A DNA stretch of 63,985 nt, filler included, from Conidiobolus incongruus B7586 (taxonomy: Eukaryota): NCBI GenBank assembly GCA_000697335.1. It is 17 parts of 17 records of this genome, joined end to end, with 100 filler letters (N's around TTAATTAATTAA, not from the genome) between each part and the next. Parts side by side here need not be neighbours in the genome. Positions count along the whole stretch, not along the records: positions 37,428 to 40,300 come from JNEM01006854.1; positions 40,401 to 42,239 come from JNEM01006864.1; positions 42,340 to 44,129 come from JNEM01006865.1; positions 44,230 to 51,006 come from JNEM01006866.1; 13 more parts are not named here. One strand, 5' to 3'. Position numbers and translations under genes: made by a program. Within the stretch, counting starts at the first letter, position 1. Each line of letters starts with the position of its first letter. Positions 37,428 to 50,092 of this stretch are shown here, one piece after another. The notes under the pieces are model-generated. The model saw nothing but the letters and a program-made list of their open reading frames with translations. It searched no databases and was not told the DNA's origin.

Positions 37428-40208
37428 TATATATTAATTAACTATATAAAAAAGATAAATTAACTTAAAATATTGTTAGAATTACTAATGTTAGTTAATC
37501 TACTATAGTTAAAGTTATTAAAAATAACAATAAAAAAACATTTAAATTTAAACTTAAATATATTAAAATTATAGATGAATTTAATCAAAAGTATATTTAT
37601 AGGTTAGTTAATATAAATAAATATAATATTATTATAGAAATACAACAAAAACTATAAAACTATATAAAAATATTAGTTAGCATTAATACTTATATATATT
37701 TTATGTTAGCATAGATATTATTTATACTTTAAGAAAAAACACTCTTAACTAAAAAAATCCTATTATAAAACTAAATAAGAGTTTAAATGTTACTATTAAT
37801 ATTAAATTAAAAATAATTAGAGTATAGTTATTTAATTTAATAAAACAAAAATATATCTTAGTAAATTTAATAAAAAAGTTAAATATTCAAAAAAAAAATT
37901 ACTTTATAACTATTATGTTAATTTTACCTAAAAATACAATAGTAAGTTAATTATTTTTTAAGGATATATGTTATTTTTATATATAAAATATCTTTGTAAA
38001 GTTAATAGGGAAATTAATACTAAAATATATTAAAGTATTTTAAATAATAAATTAAAAAAACTATTTAATAATACACTAACCTGTAAAAGTAAGTTATAAA
38101 ATCAAAAATATATATATTTTAATTAATAACTAAAACAATTGTATATATTAGATTACTTAAAACTATAATATATAATTAAGGTATATTATTTAATAATAAA
38201 TAAATATATTTAAATATATTTAGTAAACTATTAGCAAAAATATTAACCCTTAATATTTAACCAAGGTAAGTTATAAATTTGTAGGTTTTTGAGATAAGGG
38301 GATATATTTAACAATATATAACCATATCTTTTTTCTCTCTTTGTTATTATTTTATATAATATTTTACAGATATACTAAATTTTTTTTATTAGTATTATTA
38401 TACCTAAATCCCTCTTTAAAAAAATCTACTTGTGCATTAATCAACTTTATAAAGAAGGTAAATCAACTTGTGATATTGTTAGAATTACTAGTGTTAGCTA
38501 GTCTACTATAGTTAAAGCTGTTAAGAATAGCAATAAAGAAACATTTAAACCTAAACTTAAGTGTGCTAGGATTATAAATGAATATAATGAGAAGTATATC
38601 TGTAGGTTAATTAATACAGGCAAGTATAATACTACTGTAGAAATACAGCAGGAACTATAAAACTATACAGGAATATTAGTTAGCACTAATACTATTATAC
38701 ATGTTTTATATTAGCATAGATACCACTTACACCTTAAGAAAAAACACCCTTAACTAAAGAAATCCCACTACAAAACTAGGTAGGAGTTTAAATGTCACTA
38801 CTAATGTTAAACTAAAACTAATTAGAGTAAGGTTATTTAATCTGATGAAACAAAAATATACTTTAGTAGATTTAATAAAAAAGCTAGATGCTTTAGAAAA
38901 GATACAGAACTACTTTGTAACCATTATGTTAATTCTACTTAAAAGTATAGTGGTAGGTTAATTATTGTTTGGGGATATATGTTGTCTTTAGGTGTAGGGT
39001 ATCTTTGTAAAATTAATGGGGGAATTAATATTAAAATATACTAAAGTATTCTAAACAATGAATTGAAAAAAACCATTGAATAATATAGGTTAAACAAATC
39101 TAATGTTATTTTTTAGTAAGATAATACCTTTTGCTATACTACAGCTTTTACTACCAAATAGCTTAAAAATAACAAGATAACAGTTATAAAGTGGCTTCTT
39201 TAATCTCCTAACTTTAATCTCATTAAACACCTTTGGGATCAGTTAAAAAAAGTTATTAAAGCTTTCCCCTTAGCAAAAAATTTAAATCAACTTTAAGAAT
39301 ATATTTAAGAAGTATAGAACAAGATTAACCCTTCTTAGTGTAAAAAGTTAATTGATTCTATACCCCACAAACTTAAAGAAGTTAGAAAAGCTAAAGGTAG
39401 ATACACTAGGTTTTAATTTTTTTTTATCACCAAAAACCTGCAAATTTATAACTCACCTTAGGTAAAATTTAAGGGTTTATATTTTAGCTAATTAATAGCT
39501 AAATATCATCATTTAATGATATATATAACTAATAAATATAATAGATTTTAATTATTTAATTTAGGTTTATTTTATTAAATATTAATCAAGTTATTAGTAA
39601 AAATATAAGTGTTTTTGATTTTATAACTCACTTTTACAAGTTAGTGTATAAGTTAAATAAATCTATTCTTATTTTTTAATAAGATAATATCTTCTGTTAT
39701 ATTATAACTTCTACTACCAAATAGTTTAAAAATAATAAAATAATAGTTATAAAGTAGCTTTTTTAATTTTTTAACTTTAATTTAATTAAATACCTTTGGG
39801 ATTAATTAAAAAAAGTTATTAAAGTTTTCCCTTTAACAAAAGATTTAAATCAACTTTTAAAATATATTTAAGAAACATAAAACAATATTAACTTTTTTTC
39901 ATATAAAAAGTTAATTGATTTTATACCTTATACACTTAAAAAAGTTAGAAAAGTTAAAGGTAAATATACTAGGTTGTAATTTTTTTTATCACTAAAAACC
40001 TACAAATTTATAATTCACCCTAGATAAAATTTAAAGGTTTATATTTTAACCAATTAATAATTAAATATTATTATTTAATGATATATATAATTATTAAATA
40101 TAATAGATTTAAATTATTTAATTTAAGTTTATTTTATTAAATATTAATCAAGTTATTAATAAAAATAAAAGTGTTTTTGATTTTTTAACTTATTTTTGCA
40201 AGTTAGTA
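37428..40208 (+). mobile_element. Tc1 family B outer copy, interrupted by nested same-family copy
   Basis: 37428-38073 continues at 39649 after removing insert and one TA; right TIR ends about 40208. Confidence 0.88.
38074..39646 (+). mobile_element. Full-length DD34E Tc1 element (1573 bp), transposase pseudogene about 38400-39416
   Basis: CACT..AGTG ends with TA TSD; motifs VI(W>*)SDETK, VWG.M..GVGYLCKING, F(QQ>**)DN, W..(Q>*)SP(D>N)FN.I(E>K)HLWD; 34 residues between D2 and E positions. Confidence 0.93.
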
Positions 40209-40402
40209 TATATTAATAATAATAATAATATTATATAAAATAAAAATTAATTTAAAATAATAAAATTATTATAATTTTATTATTAAAATAATAAAATAAT
40301 NNNNNNNNNNNNNNNNNNNNNNNNNNNNNNNNNNNNNNNNNNNNTTAATTAATTAANNNNNNNNNNNNNNNNNNNNNNNNNNNNNNNNNNNNNNNNNNNN
40401 TA

Positions 40403-41970
40403 TACTAGCCTATAAAAATGAGTCATAAAATTAAATATATATATATTTTTATTAATATCTTAATCAATTCTAATTTAAATAAACTTATATTAAACTATTT
40501 AATTAATATATATTTTTTATTTATAATATAATATATAAAGTTAAATATAATTAATTATTAATTGATATATTAAAATTAAAAATATATTTAAAATAAGTTA
40601 TAAATTTGTGGGTTTTAATATTAATAGAAAAATTAATATTTAATATATCTATCTTTTGTTTTTTTAACTTCTTTAAGTTTATAAGGTATAAAGTCAACTA
40701 GCTTCTTATATTAAACAAGACTAATATTATTCTAAGCTTCTTAAATATACTTCTAAAGTTGATTTAAATTTTTTGCTAAGGGGAAAACATTAATTGATTT
40801 TTTTAGTTGATCTTAAAGATATTTAATTGGGTTAAGATTAAGAGATTAAGGAAGCTATTCTATAATAGTTATTTTGTTATTTTTAAGCCATTTGATAGTA
40901 GAATTTGTAATATAGCAAGGTGTATTATCTTGTTAGAAAATAAAATTTGATTTCTTTAATCTATATTATTTAATAGTTTTTTTCAATTTATTATTTAGAA
41001 TATTTTAATATATCTCAATATTAATTCCCTTATTAACCCTATAAAGATACCCTACACCTAAAGATAACATATATCCCTAAATTATAATTAATCCACTATT
41101 ATATTTTTGGGTTATAATAACATAATGGCTATAAAGTAATTCTTTATCTTTTTTGAAATATCTAACTCTTTTATTAAATTTATTAAGATATAACTTTGTT
41201 TTATTAGATTAAATAACTTTACTCTAGTTAATTTTAGTTCAACTTTAGTATTGACATTTAAACTCCCACCTAACTTTACAATGGGATTTCTTTAGTTAGG
41301 GGTGTTTTTTCTTGAGATATAAATAGTATCTATTCTAATATAAAGTACATATAATAATATTAATACTAATTAATATTCTTGTATAGTTTTGTAATTCTTG
41401 TTATACTTCTATAGCAATATTATACTTACCTGTATTAACTAATCTATAAATATACCTTTTATTATGTTTATCTATAATTTTAACACACTTAAGTTTTAAT
41501 TTAGGTGTTTTTTTAATATTATTCTTAATAACCCTAGCTATAGTAGATTAGCTAATATTAATAATTCTAGCAATCTTATAAGTTGATTTATTTTCATTAT
41601 AAAGTTAATTAATATGTAAGTGAACTTTTTTAGAGAGAGATTTAAGCATTATAATATTAATTTTAAAATATTAGCTTAATAATTCTATAATATATATAAT
41701 ATAGCAAAAGAAAAAGAAGATATATATAAGTTTTGTTATATATACCATCTTAACTTATAAACCTATAGAATTATAACTCATTTTGGTTAAATTTTAGATT
41801 TTGATATATTAACCAATAGTTTATAAAATATAATCAAATATAGTTAGTTATAATTAATTCATATAGGTAAATTATATATTTTAATTTAAATTTATTTAAT
41901 TAAGAATTGTTTAAAATATAGGTAAATATTTAAGTAATTTTGATTTTATAACTTATTTTTCAGGCTAGTG
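40403..41970 (-). mobile_element. Full-length Tc1 family B copy, divergent subfamily
   Basis: Both TIRs (TACTAGCCTATAAAAATGAGTCATAAAA / TTTTATAACTTATTTTTCAGGCTAGTG) with TA flanks. Confidence 0.88.
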
Positions 41971-42366
41971 TATTTTTTATTATATTTATTTATAATTTTA
42001 ATATATTTATATTTAAAATTGAATCATTTTATAATATTATTTTAAATAACCTCTGTGTTAATATATTAAATGATATTAATAATTTTAATAATTTTTAAAA
42101 TTAATTTATTTTTATTATAAAATTAATGAATATATATATAAACTTTCTTATATAGAAATATAAAAAATATAATTTAAATATCAAACAATTACCTTAATAA
42201 TTTATAATATATTAAATATATCAAAAGGAAAAATATATANNNNNNNNNNNNNNNNNNNNNNNNNNNNNNNNNNNNNNNNNNNNTTAATTAATTAANNNNN
42301 NNNNNNNNNNNNNNNNNNNNNNNNNNNNNNNNNNNNNNNAATATTAATAAATATAATAAATGAATA

Positions 42367-43634
42367 TTATATCGAATTTGAAATAATGTGAAATTTTTTG
42401 ATTTTTGATTTTTCAAATATATTTTTGGTATTAAATAAACAAATATATATAAAATAAATAAGAAATTATATATTTTTAAATTATATATATATATATATAT
42501 CATAATTTTTTTGATTAAAAAATTATCTTTTTAAAATTACTTATTTATTTTAATTATATTTAAACCAAATAATAGTTATAAAAATCTTTTATTTTGTTAT
42601 TAATAGAACTAGCACATTAACCCTTTAAAATTATTTAAAATTTATAAACAGCTTTTGATAATGAGGAATTATCTAAATCAACAATTTATCATTAGTTATA
42701 TTATTTTAATATTAAGAAAAAAATTATCTAAAACCTATTAAAATCTAAAGAATTAATTTTAATAATTTTTTTTAATTATTAATATAGTAAATAAATATAT
42801 TAAAAAGCATTTTTTTACTTTAGCTAGAGAATTATCTATATATTAATATTAGTTTTATAAATATTTTATTAATATTAAAGGTTAAATTCCAATTAATAAA
42901 TAAAAATAAAATAAAATAGTAATTATTAAAAAAACTTATCAAAATATTACTAAAAACTTAAGCTTTTATAAAAAATAATTATATTTAATGAATTTTAAAA
43001 CTTTATATATAATCTTTTAATAAAATATAAATCAAAATATTAGATTAAGCTAAATTAACCCCCTTTATAAATCCCTTTAAATAAGTATTTTATTAATAAG
43101 TAAATATTAATTATCTTAATGGATTATAATGTTATATGCTATTTTTTCTTTGTTTTTGAAGGAAAATTAATTAATAGTATATTTTATATTATTTTCTTGA
43201 ATAAAATGATTTTTAATTAATATTTATAATATATTCAAAAATCTTATTATTTTGTATTATAATTATAGAATATATAAATTTAAAATTATAAAAAATTTTC
43301 TAATTTAAAATAACTAAATAAATTACTATATCTAGTATATTCCTTAGATTATAACTTATATGATTATAATTGTTTTAAATAATAAAAAAAAATAATTTTT
43401 AAAAAAGGTAATTTTTATAGGAATATTTAATTAGTTTTTAAAATATCAAATTTTAGTCTTTAATAAAAAAATTGGTTTTTAAGTATTAAAAGTTTGCTAA
43501 AAAAATAACAAAAAGTTAATAATAATAAAAAAAACTATTAAGTTTATAATATTTATATATTTTTATATATTATATATCAAAATATTTATTTATTTTAAGT
43601 TATAAAAAATATCTATTATTTAAATACAGAGTAA
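42367..43634 (+). mobile_element. Mariner copy A4, heavily AT-shifted
   Basis: Colinear with A2/A3; right TIR ends ATACAGAGTAA then TA. Confidence 0.85.
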
Positions 43635-43779
43635 TATTAAACTTTTGAATTTAATGATATTAAAATATAATATATTATATTTTTTTGAACTAATAATTTT
43701 TTCATTTTTTAATTTTTTTTATAATTATTTTATATTAATATTATAATTTATAAATAAATTTGATATTAAACTCATTATA

Positions 43780-44129
43780 CACTGACCCACAAAAGTAAAT
43801 CATAAAATCAAATATATTTATATTTTAATTAATAACTAAAACAATTGTATATATTAGATTACTTGAAACTATAATATATAATTAAGGTATACTATTTAAT
43901 AATAGATAAATATATTTAGATATATTTAGTAAACTATTAGCAAAAATATTAACCCTTAATATTTAACCAAGGTGAGTCATAAATTTGTAGGTTTTTGAGA
44001 TAAGGGGATATATTTAACAATATATAACCATATCTTTTTTCTCTCTTTGCTATTATTTTATATAATATTTTACAGATATACTAAATTCTTTTTATTAGTA
44101 TCATTATACCTAAATCCCTCTCTAAAAAA
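43780..44129 (+). mobile_element. Tc1 family B 5' end, truncated by gap
   Basis: TA plus CACTGACCCACAAAAGTAAATCATAAAATC; matches 38074-38420. Confidence 0.9.
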
Positions 44130-47100
44130 NNNNNNNNNNNNNNNNNNNNNNNNNNNNNNNNNNNNNNNNNNNNTTAATTAATTAANNNNNNNNNNNNNNN
44201 NNNNNNNNNNNNNNNNNNNNNNNNNNNNNTTATATATCAAGTATGAAAATTATTATAACCAAATTAATATTGTATACAAATATTATTTATATAATTGTTT
44301 AATTTATTTTTAATAGGAATATCAAAAAGGGAATCAAATATAAATATTTAGATTATAATTTTAATACTATTAAAATTAAAATTTAATATAAATTGAATTG
44401 AAAATATTATTCAATTTATTATAAATTAGATCTAATCTTAATTTCTATAATTAAAAGCTAATTTATAATTAATTATGAATAACCAAATAAATATAAAAAT
44501 CAAGATACTAAAAATTTTAAGCTTAGGCATATTCGTTGTATTTTTGTTATTAAAATTTTAACAAATTTTTTTAATACGATAATATTGAAAAATATTATAA
44601 CATGTTTATAATATCAAATTGTGACAATTGAACTGATGAAAAGTTGAAACTTAATAGTATATTTTTAATCGATGACAGCTTAATAAAAATAAAGTATTAA
44701 ATTTTTTTAATATTATATTAAATATTTATATTAATTAAAAATTATTTTAGAGAAATTTGAGATTATTATATTCACTAACTGAGGAATAATAGAGATTTGA
44801 AAATAATACTATTATATAATTTTCAGTATTATTTCTTTTAGTTAATTTATATTTTAGGAAAAATTTTCATAATGAGGTATCTTATCAATTATCTTATCAA
44901 ATAATTTAAATTGGCAAATTAATATTGCATCATAAATTATCAAAATTATAATAAAATATAAGTAAAATTTATTATCAACCAGAATAATTTAACTAGTACC
45001 TAATATAGTATTCTAATTATATTAATACAATGAATTAAATTAACTCTAATTTAATCTGAGAAAATGATAAGATGTCAAGTTTCTCAATTACTTATATTAA
45101 TTTTCGAAATTTTTTTAAAATCCTATTTATGTCAAGATTTCAATAAGTAATATGAACATTTTGTCTAGTATATTAAATAAAGAAATTTCAATATTAAGTT
45201 CAATATTATACTCATTTAAATATATTATTATTATTATCAACATTAATCTTACCACCATTTCTAAATTTAATTTTTTTCACTAAAAACTATTTAATATAAA
45301 TAAGTTTAAATCAATCTTATTGATTTAATAATATGAATTTGATAAAACAAATCAAACAATTCAGGATCTTTTTATATAAATCAATTAAATCTATCATTGA
45401 ATAATTTAAGTGAATTATTCTAGAAAATTTTAGAATTGAATGGATTTTATATTTTAACAAAATTTATAGTAATATATTATTTGAAAAATTCTCACAATAT
45501 TAAATGAGTTAAATAAGTATAATATAGTTTTGAATACTCAACCAAGTTGCTTTTAATATAATCATATCTTAATAATTAGATATAAATCAATTTTTAATAA
45601 GTTGGTATATTATGAACTTACAAACTGTTATTATTGTTATTATAATTTCAATTGATAAACGATATATGTTAATATATGTGAAAGGAATTTGAGGATTTAA
45701 ATTTAGATATTGGTATTAAAATAGTTCTATATTTTGAATTTTTTGTTAGCAATTATATAAATTAAATATATCAAAATTCATAAACCATTTATTCAAATTA
45801 ATATTGTAATGAAACATTATCAACTATACAATCATATCAATTTTTACCTTCCTTTGATCTAATAATTTCAAAATAATTCAGATAGTGAATATATTCCTTT
45901 CGTCAACTACTCAGCTACTATTTATTTATATCAATCATTTATCTAAAATATATTGATTAATCAAATAGCTTAAATATATTTATCAATCTTTATCCACCGA
46001 TAAAAATAATCATGTTTAAATTAATACTATAGAGCTGATTAGAATTAAATGCTATATATATTAAAACTAACTGTGATTTCAATTAAAAGTAATAGTAAAT
46101 AGTTTTTGATTTAATACAGACTTAATTTTAATTATATAAATTATTTTTTTCAATTTTATTTAAATTTAATCATCCTTGATTAAAAATAATCCAATTTAGA
46201 CTTTAAAAATTGCTAACGTATTGATATTCTTTTCATAATATTATTTAAATTAACCTCAATCATTATCGCCGATAAATATTAATTTTACGATTAATGCGAT
46301 AATTGATAGGTTAAAAATCTTTAGAATTGATTCCATTTTGAAAATATTATAAAATGAGCTCATCATAACAAAACATATATATATTAATAAATGATATTAT
46401 TATATCAAATATTTATCAATTTTATTGTTTATTTGGTGTTTGTATTCACAATAATTAATTTTATTTAATATTTTATCAACCCTAAAACCTTATCCACTTT
46501 TTAAATGACATCATTTCTTCATCATCTTTTAAATTAAACAAAAAAAATTTATTAAAATTAATCTAAAAATAATTTATTAAATCAAATTTTAAATTGAAGG
46601 AAGAAAATATTAAAATAAATTTTTATTCAATTAATTTTTAAAATAAATATTTTTTTAATTTAATTAACAATATTTATTAATATATCATATCAATTAAGGA
46701 ATAAGTATATTATTAAATTATATCAATCAAGTTTTCATGGATTTATATCCAAATGCTTAAAAAATTTTTAGATTGTTAATGAGATAAAGAAAGTGTTTTA
46801 ATATATTTAAATATAATTATTGAATAAAGTAATCAATAAAGTGGGGGAGGTTAATATCACTTGAATCATCAATTCAACAAAAATTCTTTTAGAACTTGGA
46901 GAGGAAATAAACGAATTGTAATTAAATCCATAAGTGTTACCCTCTTCTACTCCTTATAATATCTACGAGATACTTGAATTCAAAGAAGTTTACGATGATA
47001 TAGCGATGAATATTGAGGTTGGGAGAACTACCACACTACCTAAACTTTTAATATATCTAATAATTTCAACAAATTATTTGTTCAATTGAATCAGATTTTT

Positions 47101-47215
47101 GAAACCCATATAAACAATCATGATATGGAAATTTAAGTTATTAAAAATTCAAATAAAAAAAATTAAACTAACTAATATCAATCGAGTTAGGTCACAAACA
47201 AATAAACAATCTTAA

Positions 47216-48430
47216 TTAACTAATACTAGTCCACCCACATATGCATGTATCAATTTGAGACCCATCCAATTTAAAGGTTGACTGAATACTACTTATTTGT
47301 CTGCACTGAGGACATTGAAGGGTAGCATTGCTGTGAAAAGTTTTCGGCAACTTAGACGGCGGTAAATCCATATTTTCGTACTGTTTCAGTTCGTCCCGAA
47401 GTCGGGCGTTGTCGATTTTGAGCCTGTGGACCTCGTAGCGCATGGTACGATTGTGATCAGGTAGCAGTTCATTGAAGAGGAATGGTGGAGCGAAGGGTGA
47501 TGACGCGATGTCTGTGAGAAGGTAGCACATATTGGAGGTAGGGAACCGTCTGTCGGTGTCATCTTTGACTAGACGACAACACGCTAAAATATGACGTGGA
47601 GAAGAGTTAGCAGAAGGGTAGAATACGGATTCTACTTCGGCAAATTTGAGTCCAAGGCCCACGGTGAAGTATCGAAGGCCGCTAATACGTCCTAGTTGGC
47701 AAGCGTCCAAACAAGCTGTGAGCGGCAAACAACTGTCTGGGTGGATCAGTTGATATAAGCTCGTACCAACACAGTCCTTGTACTGAGCACCCAGCGACAT
47801 TTCCATGCCACACGTCGCAGCCAGCACTAGACCTTCGGAAGTCATACGCCACCAGAAGTCCGACTCTGACAGTCCTCCCAATAACTGAGTCCAAGCTTTA
47901 GGCAACTGCGGCATTTTCAGAGGTTTCGCACTCAGGACAATACACTTCCTAGTAGTATTCGAATCCATGTGAATTTTACCAAAAGTTTCAAACCAGATAT
48001 ACCTCCCATCCTCATGTTTTAACCTATATATTAAACTGAAATGCTTTTGAGTCTCTGAACACGCTTTGATTTCTCTCAATACTGAATTAATATCCGCAGG
48101 ATGACATATCTGACTCAGTGGACAATGCTCCAATCTCTTTGGTGAGTACCCCAATAAATTCTTACAACTTTGAGAAGCGTATAAAAACACGCCTCGGAGA
48201 CTTAAAATATGTACCAAATTGTCGCATTGATCTACCAACATTTGGTGCCAGTTGATAAACCCTCTAGTTCCCGAAGTTTTTAATTTCGAAAGTTCAATAT
48301 TATTACTACTATTTAAACTCGAACTCATATTTAAAAATTGTAAACTAGAATTTAATTCCAAATTATTACTGAGGTTTGATGACTGTATTGATAAATTAGA
48401 ATAATTAAAAGTGTAAGTTCCGTTACTCAT
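47216..48430 (-). CDS. wc-1: White collar-1/MadA-derived PAS-B/PAS-C protein lacking LOV, with aberrant C-terminal Cys4 finger
   Basis: WHQMLVDQCDNLVHILSLRGVFLY, ICHPADINSVLREIK, WFETFG, RKCIVL, GGLSESDFW, FYP, LFNEL..YEVHRLKIDNARLRDEL follow the WC-1 C-terminal half in order. Confidence 0.9.
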   Translation of the reverse strand: MSNGTYTFNYSNLSIQSSNLSNNLELNSSLQFLNMSSSLNSSNNIELSKLKTSGTRGFINWHQMLVDQCDNLVHILSLRGVFLYASQSCKNLLGYSPKRLEHCPLSQICHPADINSVLREIKACSETQKHFSLIYRLKHEDGRYIWFETFGKIHMDSNTTRKCIVLSAKPLKMPQLPKAWTQLLGGLSESDFWWRMTSEGLVLAATCGMEMSLGAQYKDCVGTSLYQLIHPDSCLPLTACLDACQLGRISGLRYFTVGLGLKFAEVESVFYPSANSSPRHILACCRLVKDDTDRRFPTSNMCYLLTDIASSPFAPPFLFNELLPDHNRTMRYEVHRLKIDNARLRDELKQYENMDLPPSKLPKTFHSNATLQCPQCRQISSIQSTFKLDGSQIDTCICGWTSIS

Positions 48431-48540
48431 TTTATTTAAAATTTTCTAAAAATTATTCAATCATATCCAAAAAAAATTTTTTTTAATAAAAAATTGGAAT
48501 TAATTTAAAAATTTTAATGATGATGATGATGATTGAGGGT

Positions 48541-48550
48541 ATTTATATAT
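48541..48550 (-). promoter_or_regulatory. Candidate TATA box (ATATATAAAT on minus strand) inside former wc-1 intron
   Basis: About 110 bp upstream of ATG 48430; TATAAATA-type motifs also precede HMG1 and the OYE genes; AT-rich background limits certainty. Confidence 0.4.
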
Positions 48551-48621
48551 TTTTTAATTTAAAAAAAAAATTTTACCGAAGGTAGTTGAAAAAATGATAA
48601 ATGATTGGATAAAAATCTTAC

Positions 48622-49195
48622 AACTTATAATTTAAAATAATACTGAATTTCCCCATTGATCCAGTTTGGAATTAAAGTAACTAAATTGACGAATGGTTTA
48701 CCATTCTTTTTGTAATTCACTGTTCTCACTTGTTGATCCTTCTCATTCAACGTTTGAAACTTCAGTTGTCTCACTGCTAAATCGTGAGTGTATTTCCCCA
48801 CAGACCCCTATTTCATCACTCTATCCAGTGCTTGTAAAAATCTATATTTTTGCAAATGACCTCCTGAGCATTGTACCTAATGAACTTTTCGAAATTTGAA
48901 CTTGCGTAAACTATTGTGAATTAGTGTAATTGGTTGATCCTTGATAAAAAAGTACTATTGTGGTCCACTAGCCCTAATTAACTCTTTTTTGGGTCTATTT
49001 ATTAACATTGATAGGATGGAAAATACTTCGAATCCGGTAATCGGCCGCTAATTAATATATTGATGAGAGTTGAAACTCTCACAAAACTTGTTTGGATTTG
49101 GCGTAGACAAACCAGAGTTTAAAAATATGCTCGAGAATGGAGTGGTGGTAAACTTGACGCTTGACTGAAATCTGAAGAGAGGATATTTTTTCCAT
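48622..49195 (-). pseudogene. Decayed 5' exon of wc-1 encoding the LOV photosensor domain
   Basis: Manual translation: TGFEVFSILSMLINRPKKE/LGLVD..IVYASSNFEKFIRYNAQEVICKN/RFLQALDRVMK*GSVGKYTHDLAVRQLK..QQVRTVNYKKNGKPFVNLVTLIPNWINGEIQYYFKL*V; several stops and frameshifts. Confidence 0.9.
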
Positions 49196-49757
49196 TTTCA
49201 ATTGAAATTGATATAATAATTATTTTAAAATATATATTACAATTGAATTCTAAGGGATAGTTAATGAAGCAATATTAACTGATAATATTAATACCGCAAT
49301 ACACCTACAAAAATTCAAAATACAAAGGCAATCACTTGATTAACATATATATCACATTATCAATTTATAATTCAATTATGGTGTAATGGTCCTGAACAAA
49401 GTGATCAACCAAATTCCTGATGATTATCATGCATGAGAATAACATTTATTCTATCCTTATTAGTTTTGTTCTATTATCTGTATCTTTTTAAATAATAGAA
49501 ATATCAACGTCTTTACTTCTTCAGTTTCCCATTCTTGACGCCTTCTCCCATCCATTATACTCATCCAAATCCACAAATTAAATTAAAATTATGAAGTTAT
49601 AAAAAGTCATTGAATTTAAAATGATATTAAGATCAAGCTTTAAATTTAGTTTTCGTTAATTTATCCATAATTAGCAAATACTTTATAGTTTTTAAAGGTG
49701 AGGTAATTGGTAATTTGGGGGATGATGAAATATTATAGAATGCTGATGATATACTAT

Positions 49758-50092
49758 TGTCACGAGTCAGGTGACTCTCCTCCCACGTAATATGCTTACT
49801 TCAACTGAATATAAGGGTCATTCCCCCCCTCATGTGACCAACCACTTCAACCCTATCCTTTAATCAGCTAATGATACAACCCTCCAGAAAACTCCAGAAA
49901 CCTACTACTCTATGCACTATATATAGAACCCAGAAACAGAGCTATACTAGAGAGAAGGAGTTTGATCTGGGTCCTCCCAGCTATTTGGCTTAAATCAATA
50001 AACCCCCTATCTCCCTAACCTTTACCTGGAAATCCCTAGATCTCTCTCTTTTGCTTATACTATTCCGGACGCGGCTTTCCCAAGACGTGTTA
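49758..50092. mobile_element. Solo LTR (about 335 bp), CpG-retaining
   Basis: TGTCACG...CGTGTTA imperfect terminal inverted repeat; flanking direct repeat CTAT; TATA tract about 49917 and AATAAA about 49997; GC-richer than flanks. Confidence 0.75.

Noticed and set aside
48693..48899. 68-aa plus-strand ORF as a small protein
   Set aside because: Antisense shadow of the LOV pseudo-exon.
49379..49440. tRNA gene suggested by TGGTGTAATGGT A-box-like motif
   Set aside because: No B-box (GTTCGA) or cloverleaf follows.
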